Assembly (NCBI GenBank): GCA_000025185.1
Contig: CP001848.1
Span: 2,970,001-3,002,000, forward strand
DNA from: Pirellula staleyi DSM 6068
GTDB lineage: Bacteria > Planctomycetota > Planctomycetia > Pirellulales > Pirellulaceae
DNA length: 32,000 nt
Direction: 5' to 3'
Made by a program: the position numbers and the translations under genes. The notes under the pieces are model-generated. The model saw only the letters and a program-made list of their open reading frames with translations, ran no database searches and was not told where the DNA came from. The first letter of the stretch is position 1, and each line of letters starts with the position of its first letter. Shown here piece by piece: positions 19,549 through 29,238 of this stretch.

Positions 19549-19797
19549 ATGCAATTCATCGTCACCATCCAGCTGCAGCCGGGGCAGAAGAACCAGGCGG
19601 TCGAGACCTTTGAGCTCCGAGGGCCGAGCCGCTATCCGTCGGTGAAATTCGAGAACGCCTGGATCAGCAAGCATCACGACGTGATCTACGTTCTGGTCGA
19701 GAGCGTCGACGAAGCGCACGTCACCAACGCCTGCTCGGCCTGGGACAACTTTGGCCGCCACACCATCGACCCCGTCACCAGCTTCGAGCAGTTCTAG
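19549..19797 (+). CDS. DUF3303-like small protein
   Basis: 82 aa: MQFIVTIQLQPGQKNQAVETFELRGP...VIYVLVESVDEAHVTNACSAWDNFGRHTIDPV. The length and pattern resemble the DUF3303 family (ferredoxin-like small proteins). The family call is from memory. Confidence 0.6.
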   Translation: MQFIVTIQLQPGQKNQAVETFELRGPSRYPSVKFENAWISKHHDVIYVLVESVDEAHVTNACSAWDNFGRHTIDPVTSFEQF

Positions 19798-19905
19798 GCC
19801 CCAGCCATCCGTAGCGCTGCCGTTGCTCGCAAGGGAGCGGCCGGCGCTCTCTGGGTGCCTCTAGCTTGCGTTGCCATTGCTTCTCAACGATGCACCTTTG
19901 CGGGA

Positions 19906-20217
19906 ATGATGAAAACCATGGCACTCCCTAGTGACTCGCCGTCCGAACATTCGAAAGTCTCGACACGTGTGGACTCGGCTCATCTACGCGCCTTGGCCAT
20001 AGAAATGCTCGATGCCAGCCCACTGCTTCACGGCAGACTCCGCGACGGCTCGGTGCATGTCGAGTCCGATGGCACAACCTTACTGATTTACGGCCGAGTC
20101 CCCTCGTTCCATCTGAAACAGCTGGTGCAAGAATCGCTTCGCCGTCTCGAGGGAATCACACAGGTCGAGAACCATTTGATCGTCACCGATGCCCCCCGTC
20201 CCACAACGGTGAACTAG
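19906..20217 (+). CDS. BON domain-containing protein
   Basis: The C-terminal segment LLIYGRVPSFHLKQLVQESLRRLEGITQVENHLIV matches the BON pattern (G.V.s...k..a..ia..v.GV..V.N.l.V). Start placed at ATG 19906; a GTG at 19855 is possible. Confidence 0.6.
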   Translation: MMKTMALPSDSPSEHSKVSTRVDSAHLRALAIEMLDASPLLHGRLRDGSVHVESDGTTLLIYGRVPSFHLKQLVQESLRRLEGITQVENHLIVTDAPRPTTVN

Positions 20218-20294
20218 AGAGCAGTTCTGCGGGAGTTCGAAATCTCATCTCCCCTTCCCAGCCACCGCTCGGCAGCAGCCGGCGCCAAGAAACG

Positions 20295-20333
20295 AAAAAG
20301 CCCTCACAAGTGCGAGGGCTAAATGTGAGGGCT
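20295..20333 (-). terminator. Rho-independent terminator downstream of tRNA-Phe
   Basis: The minus-strand RNA reads AGCCCUCACA-n15-UGUGAGGGCU (10-bp stem, plus coordinates 20324-20333 with 20299-20308). An alternative inner 6-bp stem pairs 20314-20319 with 20300-20305. Both are followed by UUUUU (plus-strand A-run 20295-20299). Confidence 0.6.
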
Positions 20334-20337
20334 AAAG

Positions 20338-20410
20338 TGGTCAGGGCCGGAGTTGAACCGGCGACACATGGATTTTCAGTCCATTGCTCTACCAACTGAG
20401 CTACCTGACC
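20338..20410 (-). tRNA. tRNA-Phe (anticodon GAA)
   Basis: The reverse complement folds as a 73-nt cloverleaf. Acceptor GGTCAGG/CCTGACC, D-arm GCTC-AGTTGGTA-GAGC, anticodon arm ATGGA-CTGAAAA-TCCAT (GAA), variable loop GTGTC, T-arm GCCGG-TTCAACT-CCGGC, discriminator A. CCA is not encoded. Confidence 0.93.
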
Positions 20411-20983
20411 GGGCCATCCCGTTCCGATGGGCCTGCCTAGCGGCGAGCCTATCGGTGGGTGGGAAGCAACTTAGAATATTCACGATCCTGCAGGCTGTCA
20501 ATCGCGGGTGGCAGGTCGCGGGACAACGAGCAGGGCAAACAGCCCAGCGGCGCGCGGCGAAACGTCTCGCCAGGAGCTTTGTTCTGGCTGGTGCACGACT
20601 TGCGTCATGGGGTCTGACACGCCAATCGCCCGGGAAGTTCGCGGGGGTGGCTTGAAAAAAGGAGATCGCGCTGGCCTAGCGGGGCGTAATTCGGTCGGCT
20701 GATTCCCGGATCATCGCGGGCTGCTGTCAGGGCTGATCTGGCGAGAAAACTCTTGAAAATAGCGGCTCGGCGTTGAACGTTCCCCCGGTCCCACGCGACA
20801 TACTTCTCTAGGCCCACCTGCTATCGTTTCGCGCAAACTCTACCGGCGTCAGTCTTTAGAGTGCGAGGCTCTCCCATGGCTAGGTTGCCCCAGCCCGCTC
20901 GGAAGGCTACATTGCCGTTTGACTTACGGGGGCGGTATCCTTTCCCCCGGTTTCTCGCACGATCCACTCACCTGGGCTCCCTC

Positions 20984-22906
20984 ATGATGCGCGCCACTTC
21001 GCCAGCTGCGATGTTTGCCTGTGGATTTTTGTTCGTGATTGTCGCCGCCGGAGGCTGCGGATGTACGTCCTCCACAACCACCTCCGACGTCGATTTCAAG
21101 CTGGGGGATCTGATCGAGCCCTTCACCCCGCCGACGCTCGCCGAACTCGATGCGAATGCTAAGTGGGAAGATCAGCCGGTGGTGGATGCGATGGCGGTGG
21201 CCCGGTCGGAGCAGAAGAGCACCACAGCTCCGGTGACTGTCGATGAAGCGCTTGCTCTGAAGAACGATTCTCCCGAGGCGAACGAGAAGATTTTGAAAAC
21301 ACTCGGGCGTTTGGCCGAGTCGGATGACGAGGCTAATTGGGATGCGACTCTCAACCGGCATGTCCCCGGCGATGTGAAGAGCAGCAATCCGCTGCTGGCG
21401 AGTTCGACCACCGAGTTTGAAGTCAATTCGCTCCTCGGTTTTGGTCTGTTTGGATTCGATGCCAGCTTCAAGCCGTTTGCTTCGAGCGACGCGGTGGTGT
21501 CGTGGCAAACGAGTGCCGATCGGATGTACGACAAAGTGGTGATGCGGAAGGATCTAACGTGGTCTGACGGAAAGCCGATCACCGCGCACGATATCGTCTT
21601 CAGCTTTCAGCTGATCATGTCGGAAGCGGTTCCGGTTCCAGCGCAGCGCTCGGGGACCGACAAGATCAAGTGGATCGAAGCGTACGACGATCACACGCTC
21701 GTGATTTTCCACAAAGAATCGCTCCCAACGAACGTTTGGAACATCAATTTTTCGGTCGTACCTAAGCATGTGTATGAGAAGTCGGTCTACGAAGATCCTT
21801 CGCTGCAAGATAGCGACTATCACCGCTCGTTCGAGAACAATCCGGTGACGGGTGGCGCGTATGAAGTGGTCAAACGGGTGCCGCTGCAGCAGATTGTGGT
21901 GAAGCGTCGCGAGAGCTACTACATGCACGAAGGGAAGCAGGTCCGCGAGAAGCCCTACTTCGAAACGGTTCGGTTCAACGTCATCAACGATCCGAGCAAG
22001 GCTTTGCTGACGCTTAAGGCGGGCGATGTCGACGAAATGATCCTCACGCCGCAGCAGTGGACCACCGAAACCATCGGCCCCGATTTCTACCGGAACAACA
22101 CGAAGGCCTATGGGGTGGAATGGGTCTACTTCTTCTTTGGCTGGAACAACAAGAGCAAGTTTTTCAGCGACGCGCGGGTTCGCAAGGCCATGTCGTATGC
22201 CTTCGATCACGAAGAGCTGATCAAGAAGTTGCGATTTGGGATCGATGAACCTTGCAACGGCATTTTCCATCCCAACTCGATGTGGTCTCCCAAGGAGAAT
22301 GCTCCTAAGCCTTACCAGCGCGATCCCGAGCAAACTCGCAAGCTCCTCACCGAAGCAGGCTGGACCGACTCGAACGAGGATGGTGTGCTCGATAAAGAAA
22401 TCGGCGGCAAGCGTGTGAACTTCGAGTTCTCGATCCTGGTGTCGAACCGCGCGGATCGAATCGACATTTGCCGCTTACTTGCCCAAAATCTGCAGCAGTT
22501 TGGGATCGTGTGCAACGTGAAGCCGCTCGAGCCGACCGTGCTGCAGCAGAAATGCCTGGAGCACGAATTCGAGGCCTATTTTGGAGGCTGGGGAACGGGA
22601 ACCGATCCCGATACCTCGGAAAACCTGTGGGCGACCGATAAAGAACGGAACTTTGTCCAGTATTCCAACCCCACGATCGACAAGCTGTTCGAGGAGGGAC
22701 GCCGCGAATTCGATCTCGAAAAACGGCAGAAGATCTATGCCCAGATTCATCAGCTGATCTACGACGATCAGCCCTACACCTTCCTGTACTTCCAGAATGC
22801 GTTCTACGGATTCAACAAATCGCTGCGGGGCTATCAGTTCAGCCCGCGCGGCCCGTACTCGTATAGTCCTGGCTTCAGCAGCATCTATAAACCGGCGATG
22901 CAGTAG
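20984..22906 (+). CDS. ABC transporter substrate-binding lipoprotein, family 5 (OppA/DppA/GsiB-like peptide/oligomer binding)
   Basis: Start at ATG 20984 gives MMRATSPAAMFACGFLFVIVAAGGCGC (lipobox). The body has SBP_bac_5-type segments (WSDGKPITAHDIVFSF, GGAYEVVKR, and a YFGGWGTGTDPD-like tail). It is the first gene of a four-gene ABC operon. Confidence 0.9.
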   Translation: MMRATSPAAMFACGFLFVIVAAGGCGCTSSTTTSDVDFKLGDLIEPFTPPTLAELDANAKWEDQPVVDAMAVARSEQKSTTAPVTVDEALALKNDSPEANEKILKTLGRLAESDDEANWDATLNRHVPGDVKSSNPLLASSTTEFEVNSLLGFGLFGFDASFKPFASSDAVVSWQTSADRMYDKVVMRKDLTWSDGKPITAHDIVFSFQLIMSEAVPVPAQRSGTDKIKWIEAYDDHTLVIFHKESLPTNVWNINFSVVPKHVYEKSVYEDPSLQDSDYHRSFENNPVTGGAYEVVKRVPLQQIVVKRRESYYMHEGKQVREKPYFETVRFNVINDPSKALLTLKAGDVDEMILTPQQWTTETIGPDFYRNNTKAYGVEWVYFFFGWNNKSKFFSDARVRKAMSYAFDHEELIKKLRFGIDEPCNGIFHPNSMWSPKENAPKPYQRDPEQTRKLLTEAGWTDSNEDGVLDKEIGGKRVNFEFSILVSNRADRIDICRLLAQNLQQFGIVCNVKPLEPTVLQQKCLEHEFEAYFGGWGTGTDPDTSENLWATDKERNFVQYSNPTIDKLFEEGRREFDLEKRQKIYAQIHQLIYDDQPYTFLYFQNAFYGFNKSLRGYQFSPRGPYSYSPGFSSIYKPAMQ

Positions 22907-22959
22907 TGCAAGATGCTTCGGTGGGGAATGAATCGAATTACATCGCTGGGATGCCTTGA

Positions 22960-23955
22960 ATGTTCACTTATCTAGTCCGGCGAGTGCTGCTGGGAAGTGT
23001 CACCCTGCTGCTGATTACGATGCTGGTCTATCTGCTGATCCGCAGTATGCCCGGTTCGCCGCTGGATACCGATCCGGCGATGATGAATCCCGAGAAGCAG
23101 GTGAGCAAAGCGGACCGCGACCGGATGATGAAGAACTACGGGCTCGATAAGCCGCCGATTGTGGGCTACGGCCAGTGGATGGGAAACGTGCTGCTGCGAG
23201 CCGACTTGGGGCGAAGCTTCACCCACAAGCGGCCGGTGATTCTGCTGCTCCGCGAGCGGCTGTGGCCCACGATTTTGCTCGCCACGGTGTCGCTCGTCTT
23301 GTCGCTGGTACTGGCGGTTCCGCTGGGTCTGTACTCGACGGCACAGGCCGGTAAGCCGGTCGAGCGGGGGATCAGCATCGTGCTCTACGGGCTTTATGCC
23401 TTGCCCTCCTTCGTCACCGGTTTGCTGCTGCTGATTCTCTTTTATGTCTACCTGCAAGGGACTATTTTTCAGCTCCCGCGCGGCGGCATGGTGAGTCAGG
23501 AATACGCCAGCTTTACCTTCTTGGGGAAGGTCTGGGATCTCTTCGTGCACATGATCTTGCCGGTGATTTGCTACTCCTATGGGAGCCTGGCCTACTACAG
23601 CCGCTTTGTGAAATCGAACATGGAAGAGGCGATTCGTCAGGACTATTGCCGCACCGCTCGCGCCAAAGGGGCGAGCTCGCGCGTGGTGCTGATTCGTCAC
23701 GCCTTTCGCAACACGCTGGTGCCATGGGTCACTTCGCTCGGCATGATGTTGCCGGGACTCGTGAGTGGTTCGATCATCCTCGAACAGCTGTTCGACTGGC
23801 CCGGCATGGGCTACCTCTTTTTCGAGGCGATCACTGCTCGCGACTATCCGGTGATCATGGCCGAGGCGCTGTTGTTCTCGGTCCTGACGCTGCTCGGGCA
23901 GTTGCTGGCCGATATCGGGATCGCGATGGTTGATCCGCGTGTTTCGTACAACTAA
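22960..23955 (+). CDS. ABC transporter permease (DppB/OppB/GsiC-like)
   Basis: Starts MFTYLVRRVLLGSVTLLLITMLVYLLIRSMPGSP, the typical family N-terminus. Contains the EAA-like loop (EEAIRQDYCRTARAKGASSRVVLIRHAFRN) and six predicted TM segments. Confidence 0.9.
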   Translation: MFTYLVRRVLLGSVTLLLITMLVYLLIRSMPGSPLDTDPAMMNPEKQVSKADRDRMMKNYGLDKPPIVGYGQWMGNVLLRADLGRSFTHKRPVILLLRERLWPTILLATVSLVLSLVLAVPLGLYSTAQAGKPVERGISIVLYGLYALPSFVTGLLLLILFYVYLQGTIFQLPRGGMVSQEYASFTFLGKVWDLFVHMILPVICYSYGSLAYYSRFVKSNMEEAIRQDYCRTARAKGASSRVVLIRHAFRNTLVPWVTSLGMMLPGLVSGSIILEQLFDWPGMGYLFFEAITARDYPVIMAEALLFSVLTLLGQLLADIGIAMVDPRVSYN

Positions 23956-23979
23956 ATCAACGAACAACTACTCAGCCGA

Positions 23980-25092
23980 TTGAGCGGAAGAAGGACCACC
24001 GACGTGACTGCTGCTGCGGCTAGCGCCCCACCACCCAAGCTTGGACGAGGTTTCTTTGGAGAAGCCTGGTTGCGCTATCGTCGTCGTCCGGTGGCGATGC
24101 TGGGGCTCGGGTTTTTGATCTTCCTAGCGATTGTCGCCCTCACTTCGCCGGCGATTGTCGGAACCCGGCCGATCGTTTGCAAATACAAGGGAAAGCTCCA
24201 CTTTCCATGCCTGCAGTATTTTCGGAGCAACTGGCAGTTTGTGCCGTTTTTCAAAGATCAGTTTGCGGACGACTATCCCACGGCGCTCAAAAAGAACGAC
24301 CCCAATAGCTGGGCGATTTGGCCCCTGGTGTATCAAGATCCTTATCGCCGCGTACGACAGGATGAATGGCCCGGGATGCCCGAGAATTTGGTCGGAGCGG
24401 CACCGAATCGCTACAACCTGATGGGGACCGATCAAACCGGCACCGACGTTTTTGCGCAGCTGGTGCATGGGAGCCGCATCGCGCTGTTTGTCGGCTTCAT
24501 TTCGACCGGGCTCTCGGCGCTGATTGGGATCGTGCTGGGCGCGATTGCGGGCTATTTCGGCGGCATTGTCGATATGCTGGTCAGCCGCTTGTTCGAAGTG
24601 GTGGCCTGCATTCCGCCGCTGATTTTGATTCTCGCGCTCCTGAGTGTGCTCGAGAAGCCGACGATTTGGCACGTGATGGTGGTGATCGGCTGTACGGGTT
24701 GGACCAGCATCGCGCGGCTCACGCGCAGCGAGTTCCTGAAGCTGCGGTCGGTCGAGTATGTGACAGCCGCCCGCGCGCTGGGGGCAGGACGAGTGCGGGT
24801 GATGTTTTTGCATGTCCTCCCCAATGCGCTCGCCCCGGTGCTGGTGCCCATTACGTTTGGCGTGGCGTCGGCCATCATGGTCGAGAGTGGTCTCAAATTC
24901 CTCGGCTTTGGTATCGATCCTTCGGAACCGAGCTGGGGCTCGCTGCTGAATGCGGGACGCGGAAATCTGACGCAGTGGTGGCTGATTTTCTATCCCGGCC
25001 TGGCGATCTTTTTGACCGTGCTGGCCAACAATCTGATTGGCGAAGGGATTCAAGAAGCCACCGACCCGCGCTTGCGGGAAGCGGCTAAGTAG
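23980..25092 (+). CDS. ABC transporter permease (DppC/OppC/GsiD-like)
   Basis: Contains GTDQTGTDVFAQLVHGSR, an EAA loop (EYVTAARALGAGRVRVMFLHVLPN) and a C-terminal IGEGIQEATDPRL. The start is uncertain: TTG 23980 or GTG 24004. It must lie upstream of the RYRRRPVAMLGLGFLIF anchor helix. Confidence 0.88.
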   Translation: MSGRRTTDVTAAAASAPPPKLGRGFFGEAWLRYRRRPVAMLGLGFLIFLAIVALTSPAIVGTRPIVCKYKGKLHFPCLQYFRSNWQFVPFFKDQFADDYPTALKKNDPNSWAIWPLVYQDPYRRVRQDEWPGMPENLVGAAPNRYNLMGTDQTGTDVFAQLVHGSRIALFVGFISTGLSALIGIVLGAIAGYFGGIVDMLVSRLFEVVACIPPLILILALLSVLEKPTIWHVMVVIGCTGWTSIARLTRSEFLKLRSVEYVTAARALGAGRVRVMFLHVLPNALAPVLVPITFGVASAIMVESGLKFLGFGIDPSEPSWGSLLNAGRGNLTQWWLIFYPGLAIFLTVLANNLIGEGIQEATDPRLREAAK

Positions 25093-25186
25093 TCTCGAGT
25101 TTGGAAGCAGACAAGGTTGCCCGTTGATCAAGTGTGCTAGTGAGCTGGACCGGTAGTTGCTGGAATTCCCTCGCGCGATACGCCTC

Positions 25187-27061
<1,875 letters not shown>

Positions 27062-27091
27062 CCACTCAGCGGCAAGGTTGGACTACGACTC

Positions 27092-27262
27092 CCTTAGCAA
27101 TCGATGTCGGGTGGTCTTGGGTCACACTGGCAAGCTTGCCAGGACAGAAGCTGGGACCGATGTGGTGGGTGAAATCTGCCTGAAAGGTAGGGCTCATCGA
27201 CAATTCATTGGGTAGAGCTTAGTGGAACACACGCTTGAAGCCTGCTGGTTGCTGCCTGACAT
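27092..27262 (+). repeat. Copy A of a structured intergenic repeat element (candidate ncRNA, 3'-UTR element or REP/MITE-like element)
   Basis: By hand alignment it matches 29631-29819, with cores 27105-27260 and 29656-29811 about three-quarters identical. Four helices are shared. These are a closing helix (27104-27111 with 27255-27262) and three hairpins: 27127-27142, 27166-27182 and 27206-27224. It lies 31 nt after the ABC ATPase stop, in a convergent intergenic gap. Confidence 0.6.
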
Positions 27263-27293
27263 TCGTCGATAGACGGTCTACCACAGCATTCAT

Positions 27294-28160
27294 CTACAGT
27301 GGCCGCTGTGGCCGACGCTCGCGCGAAAACTGCTGCTCGATATCGTCGATCTCGTGCTGCTCGCCATCGATGTCGTCGAGCCGGATCAGGTCTTCAATCA
27401 TTCCGGCCGTATCGCTGGCAGTTTGCGACAGCCGATTGATCCAGAGCGATTGCAGGATGCCGGTCGAATCGAACAGCTCGTCCCGAAAACATCCGAGCAC
27501 ACTGGTGGCGATCCGTTCGTTGAGATCGGCGTTCGGAGTCGGCTCGGCCTGGAGCGAGCGGAACGAGGCCCGCAGCGAAGCAATCGCCAGTTGCTGCGAA
27601 AGATCGTTCATCGCGGGGGAACTGGCCAGTTCGAAATCGGCGGCGAATTCTTTCACGCGCGTCGGCTCGAAAGCGAGTGGCTCGATGTCGATCGACGAAG
27701 CGAAGTGGGCCAGCAGCATATCGCACCAGCGCTCGACGCGCCGCCGGAGCCGGTTGAGCGCCACCGCTTCCCCAAAATCGAAACCCCGTCCGAGAAGAAT
27801 CAAACTCAAGACCCGATTGCGCGCCTCCTGATGCCCCATCATCACGCTCCGCGCGATCGGTTCGACTTCCGCTTCCCCTTGCACTCGGTCGTAGGCAATC
27901 GCTGCTGCGGTGAAGGTGCGGGTGAGGAGTTCGCTCGCCAGCACTTCTTCGAGAATCACCCGCAGACGCTGATAGTCGTGCGGGATTATCGCCGTATCGG
28001 TCGAGCGCGGGATTATGCGCTGCCAGCGCTCGAGGCGACATTTCGAGGCGGTCCAGTACTGCTCGAGGGCACTCTTCGGAATCCGTCCCATGCCACTGGC
28101 GAGTACTTTGCCATGCAGGGCCACCAAGGCACCAATTTCCACCAGCTGGCGAGCATGCAT
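27294..28160 (-). CDS. Hypothetical protein (289 aa, predicted all-alpha, no recognisable motif)
   Basis: The ORF is open to 28460, but the ATG at 28160 (MHARQLVEIGALVALHG) is preceded by GAGGA with a 6-nt spacer. The in-frame upstream part is Arg/Cys/Trp-rich and not protein-like. The sequence has helical heptad-like composition and an acidic C-terminus (EDLIRLDDIDGEQHEIDDIEQQF). Confidence 0.6.
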   Translation of the reverse strand: MHARQLVEIGALVALHGKVLASGMGRIPKSALEQYWTASKCRLERWQRIIPRSTDTAIIPHDYQRLRVILEEVLASELLTRTFTAAAIAYDRVQGEAEVEPIARSVMMGHQEARNRVLSLILLGRGFDFGEAVALNRLRRRVERWCDMLLAHFASSIDIEPLAFEPTRVKEFAADFELASSPAMNDLSQQLAIASLRASFRSLQAEPTPNADLNERIATSVLGCFRDELFDSTGILQSLWINRLSQTASDTAGMIEDLIRLDDIDGEQHEIDDIEQQFSRERRPQRPL

Positions 28161-28203
28161 GACAAATCCTCGGTCGATCCTGGGAGAGAAGCGTGAACGA
28201 TAG

Positions 28204-28254
28204 ACGACGCTCATCCAAGAGCCCGAGGGGACAAGGGCTCTTGGACAACGTCGT
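28204..28254. promoter_or_regulatory. Composite 16-bp stem-loop or palindromic site in a divergent promoter region
   Basis: The inner perfect 10-bp stem pairs ccaagagccc (28215-28224) with gggctcttgg (28235-28244). The outer 6-bp stem pairs acgacg (28204-28209) with cgtcgt (28249-28254). It lies 44-94 nt upstream of the ATG at 28160 on the minus strand. Confidence 0.35.
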
Positions 28255-28462
28255 ACGGCGGCTCTGCGGCATCTTTTCCTGTGGCAGTCGATACCTGCAA
28301 AGCAACGTACCCGTCCCATTGCACGCCCCGTGCCAAGTGGCGGCTGGCCAGAGGAACTGGTCCCCCAGTTTCCGGCTGCTGAAGCAAGAAAAACTCGGAA
28401 AAAGAGCTTAGAATGGGGAAAAGAATTCCAAGCTACCGAAGTTCGAAGCGAATCCAACAACG

Positions 28463-28495
28463 ACGCCCGCGAAGTCGCGGGCGTTGCCTTTTCGC
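28463..28495 (+). terminator. Orphan rho-independent terminator-like hairpin (end of an sRNA, or a leader attenuator)
   Basis: A 9-bp GC-rich stem pairs acgcccgcg (28463-28471) with cgcgggcgt (28476-28484) around tetraloop aagt, followed by tgccTTTTc. No annotated plus-strand gene lies upstream. It is 170 nt before the phosphoesterase start. Confidence 0.5.
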
Positions 28496-28662
28496 AACAT
28501 CCTGAGGTACTCCCCTGGGGAAAGACTCCACGTGGGACGCGACTTTGCGAGCCCTGCCGAGCGGGAAGCTGCGAGGGCTGCGCCGGTCGGATGATCTCGA
28601 CCGATGCGCGATGAAATCATCGCTACCGATCCAAGGGATTTGTGCTCGACGGAGAAGATGCC

Positions 28663-29145
28663 ATGAAAATTGGGGTCGTCAGTGACACGCATGGGCACAC
28701 GCTCGGAACGCTTGCGGCTGCGCGGATGCTCGAATCGCTCGAACTCAAAACGGTGCTCCACTGCGGCGACATCGGGAGCACAGAAATACCCCAGCTGCTC
28801 GCTCAGTTCGACATGCACTATGTCACCGGGAATGTCGACTACGACCGGGCTGCCTTGGGAGAGGCGATCGAGCGTTTGGGGCAGCATTTTTACGGCCGGT
28901 TTGGCGAAATCGAACTCGCTGGACGCAAAATCGCGCTGCTGCATAGCGACGACCACCTCCGCTTTCGCGAAGTGCAGCTCTCGGGCCAGTACGATCTCGT
29001 TTGCTACGGCCACACGCATCAGCGACTGATTGAGTTCCAGGGTAAAACAATGGTCCTCAATCCAGGAGCGATCTACCGCGCGTCGCCCCACAGCATTGCG
29101 ATGGTCGATCTCGCCACGATGGAGGCCGAGATCATTCCGCTGTAG
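28663..29145 (+). CDS. YfcE/MJ0936-family metallophosphoesterase
   Basis: Starts MKIGVVSDTHGH (motif I). Also has HCGDIG (motif II), GNVD (motif III), LLHSDD and GHTH (motif V). GGAGAAG lies 5 nt upstream of ATG 28663. Confidence 0.85.
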   Translation: MKIGVVSDTHGHTLGTLAAARMLESLELKTVLHCGDIGSTEIPQLLAQFDMHYVTGNVDYDRAALGEAIERLGQHFYGRFGEIELAGRKIALLHSDDHLRFREVQLSGQYDLVCYGHTHQRLIEFQGKTMVLNPGAIYRASPHSIAMVDLATMEAEIIPL

Positions 29146-29238
29146 CACTGCGCGACTCGAAAAAATGAAGTGACGCACGCAGCGCCAGACAGCAAACTCA
29201 CTCCACAACCGTCCTGAATCTCCTCAGAAAATAGTGTA

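Noticed and set aside
20338-20410. tRNA-Phe as an integration site for a genomic island
   Set aside because: I saw no integrase gene. I could find no direct repeat of the tRNA 3' half in the flanking sequence by eye. The neighbouring genes (pckA, the BON-domain gene, the ABC importer) look like core genes.
28413-28505. 30-codon, highly basic small ORF (MGKRIPSYRSSKRIQQRRPRSRGRCLFATS)
   Set aside because: It reads straight through the terminator stem-loop and has only a weak RBS. It is more likely a by-product of the RNA structure. It is mentioned under the sRNA/leader finding so it can be tested by Ribo-seq.
28408-29208. 266-aa minus-strand ORF
   Set aside because: Antisense to the YfcE-like phosphoesterase, which has all its metallophosphoesterase motifs on the plus strand.
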